A model generated the notes under the pieces. That model searched no databases. It was not told the DNA's origin and was given only the letters and a program-made list of their open reading frames with translations. 64,000 nt of DNA from contig JBBQQR010000007.1 of assembly GCA_038215615.1 (NCBI GenBank), positions 27,313 through 91,312 of the forward strand, read 5' to 3'. Source of the stretch: Vulcanimicrobiales bacterium. GTDB lineage: Bacteria > Vulcanimicrobiota > Vulcanimicrobiia > Vulcanimicrobiales > Vulcanimicrobiaceae. The position numbers and the translations under genes were made by a program. This document shows positions 9,018 through 19,242 of this stretch, one piece after another; within the stretch, counting starts at the first letter, position 1, and each line of letters begins with the position of its first letter.

Positions 9018-11174
9018 TTAGAGCTTCTCCAACGGAGCGTATTTCAGCATAACCATTTTCTGCCCGACGTTGGGAAAGTCGATCGTGACCAGACCGTCTC
9101 CGCCCGCGCCGATGACACCGGAGATCTTGCCCTCGCCCCATTTGGGATGGCGGACCCGATCGCCCGATTGCAGATTCATCTTGATGCCGGCGCCCGCCGA
9201 TTCGTGAATCGCGACCTCGCGCCAGCGCCCACCCGAAGGCCGGGGCAGGGCGATGCTGCCGAGCATTTCAATGTTGGGCATCTCTTCGAGAAAACGCGAC
9301 TTCGGATGCGCGAACGTATTGCCGTACAGCGTGCGGCGTTCCGCATATGACAGAAAGAGCCGGTTCATGGCGCGCGTCACGCCGACGTAGGCCAGACGGC
9401 GCTCTTCTTCGAGCTCGGTCATATCGACCAGGGCGCGCGAGTGCGGGAAGACGCCCTCTTCCAAGCCGGTCAAGAAGACGTTCGGAAACTCCAAGCCCTT
9501 GGCGGAGTGCATCGTCATCATGGTGATGTATGATGCCGAATCGTCGAGCGTGTCGAGGTCGCTGATCAAAGCGACGTTCGCAAGAAAACCCGCCAGCGTC
9601 GCTTCCGGTTCGTTCGACTCATACTCGCGGGCAACGCCCACCAGTTCTTCGAGATTTTCCATGCGCGTGCGCGAATCGGGAGTATCCTCGTTGCGCAGCT
9701 CGCGCAAGTAGCCCGACTCTTCCATGACCGCGACCAGCAGGTCGGAAATTGTAAATTCACCCAGTCGCGAACGCAGCGACTCGATCAGCTCCGCGAAGCG
9801 CTCGAGCTCGCGCGTCTTCTTAGGAACGGCCTTCTTCAGCAGCTCTTTATCGAAAATCGCCTGACCGACGGGGACTTTCGCGGCGTCGGCGGCGGTGACG
9901 AGGCTGGCTAGAGTTTGTGACCCGATACTGCGGCGCGGCACGTTGACGATCCGCTTGAACGCAATCGCATCCGAGGGATTATCGATGTAACGCAGATAGG
10001 CGATAACGTCTTTGATCTCGGTGCGCGCGTAGTATCCAACGCCGCCGATGACGCGGTACGGAATGCCTTCGGCGATAAACGCTTCTTCGAACACGCGTGA
10101 CTGGGCGTTGGTCCGATAGAGCGCCAAAAAGTCGCTGTACGAAGCGCCTTCGCGAACGAGCTCTTTAACTTTCTCAACAACGTACCGCGCTTCAGAGCGC
10201 TCCGTGTCTGCGGCGAACGCGGTAATCGGCTCGCCCGCGTCGCGGCTCGTGAAGAGCTTTTTCGGAGCACGGGTCTTGTTGTTGGCAACCAGCGCATTGG
10301 CCGCGTCGAGAATCGTCTGCGTGCTTCGGTAATTTTCTTCCAGCGTGAAGACTTTGGCGCCCGGAAAATCGTCTTCGAACCGCAGGATCATTTTGTAGTC
10401 GCTGCCGCGCCAAGAATAGATCGACTGGTCGTCGTCGCCGACGACCGTCACGTTGCGGTGCTTTTCGCCCAAAATCGCGATCAGTTTGTATTGCGCGAAG
10501 TTGACGTCTTGGTATTCGTCGACCATGACGTAGCGAAAACGGTTCTGCCATTTCGTGCGCGCGGTTTCGTCTTTTTCGAAAAGGTCGATCGTGCGAACGA
10601 TCAGATCGTCGAAATCCAGACTGTTCGATTCCGAGAGCCTGCGCTGATACTCTTGGTAGACGTTCGCGTAGCGCTCGCCCAAAAACGACGTGTTGCGCTC
10701 GTGGTATTCTTTCGGCCAGACCAACGCGTTCTTTGCCTTGCTGATCTCCGCCAGGCATGCGCCCGGCGTGGTCTGGCGTTCGTCGTAGTCGAGGTCGGTT
10801 AAGATCTCTCGGACGACTGTGCGTTGATCGGCGTCATCGATGATCGCAAAGTTCGATGCGATTCCCGCGCGCGAACCTTCGCGGCGCAAGATGCGCACGC
10901 ACATCGAGTGAAACGTACCGACCCACAGGTCGCGCGCGGGCGCGCCGACCATGCGTTCCAAGCGCGTCTTCATTTCGCCGGCGGCTTTGTTCGTAAAGGT
11001 CACCGCGAGAATTTGATCCGGCGAAACCTCGAGCTCGTCGAGCAGATACGCGATGCGGTGCGTCAGGACGCGGGTTTTTCCGCTGCCTGCACCGGCAAAA
11101 ATCAAACACGGGCCATTGGTATGTCGGACGGCGGCCGACTGGACGCCGTTGAGAACATCGGTTTCCAGGATCAT
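9018..11174 (-). CDS. pcrA: ATP-dependent DNA helicase PcrA/UvrD
   Basis: AGAGSGKTRVLT, VDEYQD, VVGDDDQSIY, LEENYRS, MHSAKGLEF, EEERRLAYVGVTRA, C-terminal Tudor-like GDRVRHPKWGEG. Confidence 0.97.
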   Translation of the reverse strand: MILETDVLNGVQSAAVRHTNGPCLIFAGAGSGKTRVLTHRIAYLLDELEVSPDQILAVTFTNKAAGEMKTRLERMVGAPARDLWVGTFHSMCVRILRREGSRAGIASNFAIIDDADQRTVVREILTDLDYDERQTTPGACLAEISKAKNALVWPKEYHERNTSFLGERYANVYQEYQRRLSESNSLDFDDLIVRTIDLFEKDETARTKWQNRFRYVMVDEYQDVNFAQYKLIAILGEKHRNVTVVGDDDQSIYSWRGSDYKMILRFEDDFPGAKVFTLEENYRSTQTILDAANALVANNKTRAPKKLFTSRDAGEPITAFAADTERSEARYVVEKVKELVREGASYSDFLALYRTNAQSRVFEEAFIAEGIPYRVIGGVGYYARTEIKDVIAYLRYIDNPSDAIAFKRIVNVPRRSIGSQTLASLVTAADAAKVPVGQAIFDKELLKKAVPKKTRELERFAELIESLRSRLGEFTISDLLVAVMEESGYLRELRNEDTPDSRTRMENLEELVGVAREYESNEPEATLAGFLANVALISDLDTLDDSASYITMMTMHSAKGLEFPNVFLTGLEEGVFPHSRALVDMTELEEERRLAYVGVTRAMNRLFLSYAERRTLYGNTFAHPKSRFLEEMPNIEMLGSIALPRPSGGRWREVAIHESAGAGIKMNLQSGDRVRHPKWGEGKISGVIGAGGDGLVTIDFPNVGQKMVMLKYAPLEKL

Positions 11175-11181
11175 TGAGTGT

Positions 11182-12300
11182 TTATTCGCCGCCTGTGGAT
11201 AAAGCGCCTATAATCGCGCGTCCGGTCCCTTCTTTAGCGCCCGGTATTGCGGCCAGCGAATACGCAGCGGACAAATACGCCAGCGTCGATTCAGCCCCCA
11301 TATTAAGGTTGACGGAGTTCTCATTGAGTCCATCGAGGCAGCCGCCGCCGTTGGCCATGGCGATTGCGCGTGAGTTCCCGCCCAGGTACCAGTCTAACCC
11401 CTGTTGAGCGGTAGCGCGAAAAGCGGCATCCCCGGTCGCGTCGTATGCGGCCAGCGCTGCGTCCACGAGCGAGACGGCTTCCAACGGCTGCTGCGAGTAG
11501 CGCGCCCGCGGCCCGCCGCGGTGATACCAGCCTTCGTTGCCGATTGGCACGAAGACGCCGTCTTCTATCGTCACTCGTTGATAAAATGCTAGACTGCGCA
11601 ATCCGATCGCTTTGAGATTTTCGTCGCCCAGCGCCGCCCCCGCGCGCACCATTGCTTCGGGCAAGCGCGCATTATCATAGGTCATGACGCCCTCGAACCA
11701 TTCCCAATCGGGAGCGCACGTCGTTTCGAAACGCTGTTTCAGCGCGCCGGCGAGTTTGCGCAGCGCCTCGCTGTAGGCCGGCAATTCGATGTCGGCGATG
11801 CTCGCGTGACATGCATGCGACAACCCGATAATAGCGTAGGACTGCGCCCGGGCGTACTGCAGCCAGTCGATCGAGTTCAGTCCTTTATTGAAGAGCCGCT
11901 TGCACAGCCGGCGCCAGGTGGCCCGAGGCGCGTAACGCATCCCGAAGCCCAGCGCCCAAAGCGCGCGACCGACTGAATCGTGCGTGCCCACACAATCGAG
12001 CCACTGCCTATCGTAGCCCATGAAATTATGGAAGCGGCCGTCAGGCAATTGCGCGTCTTGCAAAAACGCGAGGTATACCGGCGCCAGCCGCAGCGCATCG
12101 GCATCGCGCGGCTCGAGCAAGAGTTTTTGATAGACGACGATCAGCGCGCGCGCGACGTCGTCGGTACAGTACCCCGTTGCGCGATTCGGAATATCTTCCA
12201 TCGCGTGCTGAATAACGCCCACGTCGTCGCTGAGCGTAATGAGGTGTTCGAGACTAGGCTGAATGAACGAGCTCCAACTCGGGCGGAGCCAATTCGGCAA
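11182..12300 (-). CDS. Glycosyltransferase-associated protein (alpha/alpha-barrel-like partner of GT4 enzymes); start uncertain
   Basis: GYCTDDVARAL, GRFHNFM, WFE..MTYDNARLP, QQPLEA, GGCLDGL....NLNMGAESTLAY. Confidence 0.8.
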   Translation of the reverse strand: MPNWLRPSWSSFIQPSLEHLITLSDDVGVIQHAMEDIPNRATGYCTDDVARALIVVYQKLLLEPRDADALRLAPVYLAFLQDAQLPDGRFHNFMGYDRQWLDCVGTHDSVGRALWALGFGMRYAPRATWRRLCKRLFNKGLNSIDWLQYARAQSYAIIGLSHACHASIADIELPAYSEALRKLAGALKQRFETTCAPDWEWFEGVMTYDNARLPEAMVRAGAALGDENLKAIGLRSLAFYQRVTIEDGVFVPIGNEGWYHRGGPRARYSQQPLEAVSLVDAALAAYDATGDAAFRATAQQGLDWYLGGNSRAIAMANGGGCLDGLNENSVNLNMGAESTLAYLSAAYSLAAIPGAKEGTGRAIIGALSTGGE

Positions 12301-13420
12301 AAAGGCGGCCGTATTCGACGGCGACGTGTGGCCAGGTCATTTGACGGCCGAACCGATACGCGCGCCGTTCGGTCGCCCGGCGTAGCGCGTCGTCGTCGAG
12401 TAGCGCGCCGGCCAGATCGGCGATCGACTTGGCGTCACGGAACATGCACAGAAAGCCGCGGTTGTGCGCAAGCAGTTCTTGTGCGTAAAGATAGGGCGTG
12501 GAAACGATCGCTTTCCCGCAGCCGACGGCGTACGCCAGCGTGCCGCTGACGATCTGCGTCGGATTTAAGTACGGCGTCAAGTAAATGTCGGTCGCTTCCA
12601 AATAGCCGACCAATTCGTCGAACTCCAAATACTTGTCGATCAATTTTACGTTGTACTGCAGTCCATATTCGGCGACCAACGCCTGCAGCGATTCGCGATA
12701 CGACTCGCCTTCGTGACGGCGCACGACTGGGTGAGTCTCGCCCAATATGAGGTAGAGCACCTCGGGGTGGCGCTTGACCACTTCGCGCATCGCTCCGATG
12801 GCGTACTCCAGACCTTTACCGCGATTGATTAAGCCGAATGTGGAAACGACCATGCGCTGACCCACGCCGAACGACGCTTTGGCGGCGTCCGTGTCGCGGA
12901 ACGGTACGTCGGGCACGCCGTGATGGATGACGCGCAGCCGTTTCGGATCGACGTCGTAGACACGCTCTAGTAGGTCGCGGCCCGTTACGGAAAGCGCGAC
13001 GACAGCACTTGCGTAGCTGCAAAGCTCTCGCGTGACGCGCAGCATCGTTTCGTCGGGTTCGGGCAAAATCGTATGCATCGTCAGCGCGATCGGTTTTTCA
13101 ATGGCGCGCAGCGCGTCGATCAGCCACTCGCCGCGTTCGCCTCCGAAAAGGCCGTACTCGTGTTGAATATTCAAAACACCGGCGGGATGCGCGTTAACGA
13201 TCGCGGCGATATCGCTATAAGATTCGCGGCGATCTTCGCGCAGCCGCGCTACGACTTCGGGCCCGTAATGGCGGACTTCGCCGCCGGGCTCGTCGATGGC
13301 GATGATTTCGGAGCTGGTTCCGTAGGCGCGGTCAAACGATTCGACCGTATCGCGCGTAAACGTGGCGATACCGCATTCGCGAGGTGGGAAGGAGCCCATG
13401 AAGAGGGTGCGCGGAACCAC
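12254..13420 (-). CDS. GT4 family glycosyltransferase
   Basis: PPRECGIATF, IQHEYGLFGG, FGLINRGKGLE, SGTLAYA; GTG start with AAGGAG RBS. Confidence 0.92.
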   Translation of the reverse strand: MVPRTLFMGSFPPRECGIATFTRDTVESFDRAYGTSSEIIAIDEPGGEVRHYGPEVVARLREDRRESYSDIAAIVNAHPAGVLNIQHEYGLFGGERGEWLIDALRAIEKPIALTMHTILPEPDETMLRVTRELCSYASAVVALSVTGRDLLERVYDVDPKRLRVIHHGVPDVPFRDTDAAKASFGVGQRMVVSTFGLINRGKGLEYAIGAMREVVKRHPEVLYLILGETHPVVRRHEGESYRESLQALVAEYGLQYNVKLIDKYLEFDELVGYLEATDIYLTPYLNPTQIVSGTLAYAVGCGKAIVSTPYLYAQELLAHNRGFLCMFRDAKSIADLAGALLDDDALRRATERRAYRFGRQMTWPHVAVEYGRLFAELAPPELELVHSA

Positions 13421-13638
13421 TCCATACTCCTTACACCGGCTCTCGAGGGGAACGCAAAACTTCACAGGGGGAAAGCCGGGGTACCCCTGTCAGTGGGCCT
13501 TTTATACCCGTGGATTCTCGCTTCTTAACCGTGTAAAAGCACCAAAGGTTACAAAGGCTCGTTCGCTTTGCCGGAGGACGAAGGAGGGAAACGTCGCCCC
13601 GGGGGGCCCGCCGAAGCCGGCACGTAAAGCCTGCTCGA

Positions 13639-15021
13639 GTGAAATCCTACTTTCTGCCCGTAGCGCTGATCGCGGCGGCAATCGTCACTTTCGCCGTAAC
13701 GCGCGCGCCGGCGCAAAACGCCGGGAACATTCACAAGATCCGTCACATCGTCATCATCATGCAAGAGAATCGCTCGTTCGATTCTTATTTTGGAACGTAT
13801 CCCGGTGCCGACGGTATCGTCATGAAAAACGGCCAGCCCGCCGCGTGCATCCCAAATCCGGTGATCGGATGCAGCCGGCCCTACCACGACAGTAACGATC
13901 TCAACCAAGGCGGTCCGCACGGACATTCGCACGCAATTGCAGATATTGACGGGGGAAAGATGGACGGCTTCGCCCGCCAAGCCCGGCGCGGCCGCCGCGC
14001 GTGCGCCGGAACCGACGATCCGCGTTGCGGCGGCGGTGACGTGATGGGCTATCACGACGGCGGCGAACTAGCCGGCTACTGGCGTTATGCGCACGACTTC
14101 GTTTTGCAGGATCGGATGTTCGAGCCGAACTCGTCGTGGAGTCTGCCGCAGCATCTGTACATGGTCTCAGAATGGTCTGCCCGCTGCTCTCAACTTGGCG
14201 ATCCCATGAGCTGCACGGACGAAGTGCAGAATCCCGATCTTCCGCCTGATTTCGGACGCAATCCGGGCGCGCGAGCGCCAGGCCGCCCCGACTACGCGTG
14301 GACCGATCTCACGTACTTGCTTCACAAAAACCACGTCTCGTGGGCTTACTATGTGATGAGCGGTACTGAACCCGATTGCCGCAACGATACCGCAAGCTGT
14401 CAATTGCGCCGGCAAAACGTGCACACGCCGGGAATCTGGAATCCGCTGCCGTCTTTCGATACCGTGAAACAAGACCGTGAGTTGGCCAACGTGCAGGATC
14501 TGCGCAAGTTTTATGTAGCGGCAAAAAACGGAACGCTACCGAACGTCGTGTGGCTCTGCCCGGCCGGAAAATATAGCGAACATCCACCGGGACTGGTGAG
14601 CGCCGGACAAGCATACGTCACCGGCGTCATCAACGCAATCATGCAAGGCCCCGACTGGGATAGCACCGCGATCTTTGTGAGCTGGGACGACTGGGGCGGC
14701 TTTTACGATCACGTGGCACCACCGGTCGTCGACAACGACGGCTACGGTTTGCGCGTTCCCGGTTTAGTGATCAGCCCGTACGCCCGCCGCGGCTTCATCG
14801 ATCATCAGACGCTCAGCCACGACGCGTACGTCAAGTTCATCGAAGACGACTTCTTAAACGGGGCGCGCATCGACCCGAAAACCGATGGCCGCCCGGACAC
14901 GCGTCCGTTCGTGCGCGAACGCTATCCTCAATTGGGCGATCTGCGCCACGACTTTGACTTCACGCAAACTCCGCGCCGCCCCGAAGTACTTCCCGGGGGC
15001 GTTGTTTGGACGGGTAACTAG
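13639..15021 (+). CDS. Secreted phosphoesterase / phospholipase C family protein
   Basis: Signal peptide; [48 protein letters not shown]. Confidence 0.92.
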   Translation: MKSYFLPVALIAAAIVTFAVTRAPAQNAGNIHKIRHIVIIMQENRSFDSYFGTYPGADGIVMKNGQPAACIPNPVIGCSRPYHDSNDLNQGGPHGHSHAIADIDGGKMDGFARQARRGRRACAGTDDPRCGGGDVMGYHDGGELAGYWRYAHDFVLQDRMFEPNSSWSLPQHLYMVSEWSARCSQLGDPMSCTDEVQNPDLPPDFGRNPGARAPGRPDYAWTDLTYLLHKNHVSWAYYVMSGTEPDCRNDTASCQLRRQNVHTPGIWNPLPSFDTVKQDRELANVQDLRKFYVAAKNGTLPNVVWLCPAGKYSEHPPGLVSAGQAYVTGVINAIMQGPDWDSTAIFVSWDDWGGFYDHVAPPVVDNDGYGLRVPGLVISPYARRGFIDHQTLSHDAYVKFIEDDFLNGARIDPKTDGRPDTRPFVRERYPQLGDLRHDFDFTQTPRRPEVLPGGVVWTGN

Positions 15022-15230
15022 CGTTGATCTAAAACGTTTACTCGCCTCTCGAACGCATCGAAGCGCAAATCGACCGAATCAAACCGCTTGTTCATACCGT
15101 AACGCAGCGTGTCGAGGCCCCGTTCGACACGGTCCACTCGCTTGGCGAGTGACGCAAATTGCATTCCCACGCCATCTCTCAGATCGAGAATGGCGCCCAT
15201 GAGTTCCGCGGAGGAATATCTCTTAGTCAT
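15018..15230 (-). CDS. Small coiled-coil hypothetical protein
   Basis: 70 aa; heptad-like RVDRVE...[16 protein letters not shown]. Confidence 0.6.
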   Translation of the reverse strand: MTKRYSSAELMGAILDLRDGVGMQFASLAKRVDRVERGLDTLRYGMNKRFDSVDLRFDAFERRVNVLDQR

Positions 15231-15294
15231 CGGACCAGTCTAGAGTACGGCTGTTGCCGAACCGTTTCCTAGCTATTGCGAGTTCGCGCGCCGC

Positions 15295-15867
15295 TTACGG
15301 GCCGTCCTCCTCAATGTTGAGCGAAAGGTCAACTGAATTTCCTACGATGAGCGGTCCGAAGCCCATGCCCCAATCCGAGCGTTCGATGGTACCCGTTGCA
15401 GCGTAAGCGATAATCAAACGGCCGCGCGGCGATTTGCCGACGCCGACGACGCCCGCATTGAGCGTGACCGGGTGCGTTTGACCGTGCATTGTGAGATTGC
15501 CGGCGATCGTGAAATGTTTCGGATCGGTGCCCATGATATTCGTGCTTTGGAACGTCATGTCCGGAAATGTTGCGACGTCGAAATAATGGCCTGAGCGAAT
15601 ATCGTTATCGCGCATCCCGTTATGCGTATCGACATTGGACGGATCCAGCTCGGCGCGTACCTCGATCGGAATTTGACTTCCCGGCGTTAGCTTTACGATG
15701 GCATTTTTTATCGGAATTGTCCCGATGACTGGAACGATGCCGAAATGCCGCGCGGTAAATTGCGCGGTTGAGTGGTTCGGATCGACGCTCCACGTTTCGG
15801 TCGCGGCGAATGCAATCGCGAACGAGGCGACGGACAGTAGCAACGTCGACGTGATGATGCGCTTCAT
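15295..15867 (-). CDS. YceI family protein
   Basis: Signal peptide MKRII...; WSVDPNHS, RDNDIRS..YFDVATFP, GNLTMHGQTHPV. Confidence 0.92.
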   Translation of the reverse strand: MKRIITSTLLLSVASFAIAFAATETWSVDPNHSTAQFTARHFGIVPVIGTIPIKNAIVKLTPGSQIPIEVRAELDPSNVDTHNGMRDNDIRSGHYFDVATFPDMTFQSTNIMGTDPKHFTIAGNLTMHGQTHPVTLNAGVVGVGKSPRGRLIIAYAATGTIERSDWGMGFGPLIVGNSVDLSLNIEEDGP

Positions 15868-15968
15868 CGTTCTAGTGTAAGACGCAACTCCTGAAGTTTC
15901 CCTGAACGGGCCTGCCCGGCAGGGAGAACCAAGCGAGCCCAAAAAGTGCCATTGCCCGGAGGCTGGCG

Positions 15969-17036
15969 ATGTCACGAATACGCGGCGCCCTCTTTATCTT
16001 TCTGCTTCTTCTCTCGGCGGCTGTTTTAGGCACGCGCGCGCTCGCGCAGTTGCATTTTCCCGGGTTGCCGGGTCTTCCGCATCTCCCCGGTGCGCAACGC
16101 TTGGCTATCGACGCCGCGTCGAGACAGCTTGCACCGTACGTTCAGGCCAACACGCCGGTGAGGCTCGATTGGAGCAGCGCCTATCCGACCGTTTCGGAAC
16201 CGCCCGGCGGCGCTTTCCGGCCGGGAGCCGGCCACGCAGGTGGCGCGTTTTCGCAGCGGGTAGCGTCGCAACTCGCGCACTCGCCAAACGGGATCGTAAA
16301 CTTAACTCCCGGCGATTACGCGTTGCCCATTCGAGTCTATTGCACGGATATTCATCGTCATGCGCACCAGCCGGAAAACTATCTGGTCGGGCCGCTGCGC
16401 GGTGCGCGCGCGAGCGTCCTCACCGCGCTATATTCGAAAGTCGGCGCGGCACGCGCGCCATATCACGACGTGCAATCGCTTTCGTGGACGCTGCAAGCCG
16501 GGACACGCTATGGCGATATGGGGCAAGGCACGCGCGCGCTCTTTGATCGGCTGATCCCGTTTATGCGATCGAAAATATTGGGCAACTTTACCGATCAGCT
16601 GCGGTCTCAATGGTCGCACTTTACGATACCGGGTCTACCATCGTTTGACAGCGCGCTTAACCAGATGGACGGCCTGGGACAAACGATTCAAACGTACCAA
16701 TCGGCGCAGCAGCAGATCCTTGCAAACTCGTCGGATTTCAACGCGCTGAGCGCGCAGCTGGCGCCGGTCGATCGCAGCGGCGGGCGCACGATGCAATCGG
16801 TCCCCTGGAGCGAAGTCGCGCCGAACATTTACATGCGTTCACCTTCGACGGGCGACTTCGGCAGCGTCGGCGAGATGGACATCCGCGTGACCGGACCGCC
16901 GGGACAAACCGTGCCGGTCCCGCTCGAATCGCAAATCCTCTATCCGCCGGGTTGTCCCAACTGTCAACCGCTCACGTACAATCCCGAACCGACGCAACCC
17001 TCGGGCGAAGACGGTGGCGGAGGGATCCCAGGATGA
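15969..17036 (+). CDS. Secreted hypothetical protein with thioester-domain-like motifs
   Basis: Signal peptide; VYCTD, VQSLSW and C-terminal CQPL; ATGA-coupled to the next gene. Confidence 0.7.
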   Translation: MSRIRGALFIFLLLLSAAVLGTRALAQLHFPGLPGLPHLPGAQRLAIDAASRQLAPYVQANTPVRLDWSSAYPTVSEPPGGAFRPGAGHAGGAFSQRVASQLAHSPNGIVNLTPGDYALPIRVYCTDIHRHAHQPENYLVGPLRGARASVLTALYSKVGAARAPYHDVQSLSWTLQAGTRYGDMGQGTRALFDRLIPFMRSKILGNFTDQLRSQWSHFTIPGLPSFDSALNQMDGLGQTIQTYQSAQQQILANSSDFNALSAQLAPVDRSGGRTMQSVPWSEVAPNIYMRSPSTGDFGSVGEMDIRVTGPPGQTVPVPLESQILYPPGCPNCQPLTYNPEPTQPSGEDGGGGIPG

Positions 17037-18244
17037 AAATGCACGCGTACTTCGCTGCAGCGCTCTTTTGCGCCAGCGTGTTTCTTTCATCCGCGGCATC
17101 GCTCGCGGCTACGCCTCCTGTGGAAATCAACGATCTCGTCGGCAGATGGCGCAGTGACAAAGATAAGAAAAAGATTGTCACAATCGTGCGCGAGGGTGAC
17201 GAGCTCAAATTGCAAACGCCGCAGTACAGCGATTGGGAACCGCTAAAAATCGATGCGGCGACGAGCACGGCGCGTATTCGTTTCGAGCGCAAGACGACCG
17301 CGGATGACATCCGCAACATGAAACTCGACAATCCGGCCGACGGGCCGCCGCCGGATTCGGTCGTGGAAGCTGCGTCCGGCCTTGTAACCGAGGGATTCAC
17401 CGGCCAGCCGAAACGCAAGAGTTATTATTTTGCGAAAGAATGCGACCTCACGATGAGCGTGCGCTGGCAAGGCTTCCACATCAAATGGAACAAAGATACC
17501 GGCACGATCGAGGATCGCACGCCCCCGAAGGCGGTGAGCGAAGACTTCGCACAGATTCACTATGCTTGGCCCGATCTGCGCAAGACTGTCGTTTCAACGC
17601 AATATACGGGCTCATCAAATACCGGAACCGAAATCAATTCGTATTTCACCGAACGCCCGGCGATGGAAGTCTACGGCGAGTTCGGGGTCGCGTTGTTTAA
17701 GCCAATCTTCAAAGCCATTACGGGCGCGGTTCCGGCTGAGACGTTCTTGGGCAAGGTTGCGGAAAAACTGATCGAAACCGGCGTCGTGAAGAGCCTGCAA
17801 GGTGATTTGAAAGCCAAGGATATTGCCGCAGCCGTTGCCGGCCAAGTGCTCGACAAAGCGCTAGAACACGTAGCTGACCGCGAACCGTTCGCAACCATCA
17901 AAGCGAAACTGGACAAAGCGATCGGCGAAGATCAAGTCGAGGCAGCCGGCGGCAAGATAAAAGATAAAGCCGCCGATATGGCGGCCGATAAGCTCACCGG
18001 GCCGGAGCGCACTCAACTCGACGAGTACTTGAAAAATCAGTGCCGTTACGATTTGGTTCAGCTCAAGCCGTACGGAATCGTAATCGGCGGCATCTCCGTT
18101 GTCGACCGTCAAACCGGGAGCGCCACCGTTTGGCTCTTTCTGAAAGATCGCGGCTCTGAACCGCGCGCCGTTATCGGCTCCACAACCGTTCCCGAAGAGG
18201 GCGAACATAAGGCCCTCGGCATCTCGTTTTCGCCTGTAAACTAA
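17033..18244 (+). CDS. Secreted hypothetical protein
   Basis: MKMHAYFAAALFCASVFLSSAASLA signal peptide; ATGA overlap with the upstream ORF; no recognised domain. Confidence 0.75.
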   Translation: MKMHAYFAAALFCASVFLSSAASLAATPPVEINDLVGRWRSDKDKKKIVTIVREGDELKLQTPQYSDWEPLKIDAATSTARIRFERKTTADDIRNMKLDNPADGPPPDSVVEAASGLVTEGFTGQPKRKSYYFAKECDLTMSVRWQGFHIKWNKDTGTIEDRTPPKAVSEDFAQIHYAWPDLRKTVVSTQYTGSSNTGTEINSYFTERPAMEVYGEFGVALFKPIFKAITGAVPAETFLGKVAEKLIETGVVKSLQGDLKAKDIAAAVAGQVLDKALEHVADREPFATIKAKLDKAIGEDQVEAAGGKIKDKAADMAADKLTGPERTQLDEYLKNQCRYDLVQLKPYGIVIGGISVVDRQTGSATVWLFLKDRGSEPRAVIGSTTVPEEGEHKALGISFSPVN

Positions 18245-18257
18245 CGCGCTTCTTCGG

Positions 18258-18620
18258 CTATGTCTTGAGCTTGTGCAACGTGACGCTGTTGCCTTCGGTA
18301 TCCATAATCATCGCCATGTAGCACTTCTCGGCCTCATGCTCCATCACGACGGGAATCCCGCGTTTCTTGAGATCCGAGACGGTGCCGTCGAAATCATCCA
18401 CGGCAAAGAGGTTGCCGTTGCTGGGCTGAAACGGCATCATGCCGCCACCCGACCATAACCCGAACGTGGTTCCGTCGGAGAATTCATACTCCGCGCCATT
18501 ATTGTCCGGATAAACCGTCGTCGGTTCCATGCCCAGTGTGTCGCGGTAAAACGCGATCGCGCGCGCAGCATCTTTGACCATATAGGCGCTTAAATCGAGA
18601 CCAGCAATTTTTGAAGCCAT
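18258..18620 (-). CDS. VOC / glyoxalase family protein
   Basis: VKDAARAIAFYRDTLG; FAVDD; DTEGNSVTLH. Confidence 0.88.
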   Translation of the reverse strand: MASKIAGLDLSAYMVKDAARAIAFYRDTLGMEPTTVYPDNNGAEYEFSDGTTFGLWSGGGMMPFQPSNGNLFAVDDFDGTVSDLKKRGIPVVMEHEAEKCYMAMIMDTEGNSVTLHKLKT

Positions 18621-18629
18621 GTGTTTCCT

Positions 18630-19238
18630 TTAAGGCTCCTTGAGCCAGATTTCACGTTCGAGTGGATAAGGATTAGTCAGCGGCATTCGAGCGACGCCGC
18701 GCGCGTAGCTATTGGGGTGTCGTGCCGCCCATTCGCCGGAAATGACGGTCAGGTACTCAAAATCTTCGAATAAACTGTTCGTGCCCGTGTACACCCTCGA
18801 CAGGGCGATATACTCTCGCATTCGCGACCAAGAACTGGTGACGACCCACCAATAGTTTGCCAGGAACACTTCGGGCGCAACGACGCGGTTACGAACCATT
18901 CCGCCGATGAGTTCGAAACTATTTCCGAGTGCACCGGCGGCTTCGAACAGATCCAAATATCCTTGCGGCACGTCTTCGACGGGAAGCCTTTTGGAAATCC
19001 GGTACAGGTAGCGCCGGAATTGCGGATCGTCCAGTGCGCGCGCGAGATCTCCGCCTCGCAGTAGCCTATTGGCCTTGCGGTGTTCCTCGTCTTCGAGCAT
19101 GGCGCGAAACGACAGAATCGCTTCTATCAGATTTCCCGACCGCATGTGACGCAGCTGGATCACGGCCGCCACCGCCGTCCCTGCGATCACAACGGCGGTC
19201 AGGGCTGATGAGACAGCAGTAATGGTTTCGGGTGACAT
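18630..19238 (-). CDS. DUF4760-like membrane-anchored protein (paralog 2)
   Basis: MSPETITAVSSALTAVVIAGTAVAAVIQLRHMR; FELIGGMVRNRVV; FEDFEYLT..W..RHP. Confidence 0.72.
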   Translation of the reverse strand: MSPETITAVSSALTAVVIAGTAVAAVIQLRHMRSGNLIEAILSFRAMLEDEEHRKANRLLRGGDLARALDDPQFRRYLYRISKRLPVEDVPQGYLDLFEAAGALGNSFELIGGMVRNRVVAPEVFLANYWWVVTSSWSRMREYIALSRVYTGTNSLFEDFEYLTVISGEWAARHPNSYARGVARMPLTNPYPLEREIWLKEP

Positions 19239-19242
19239 GCGC

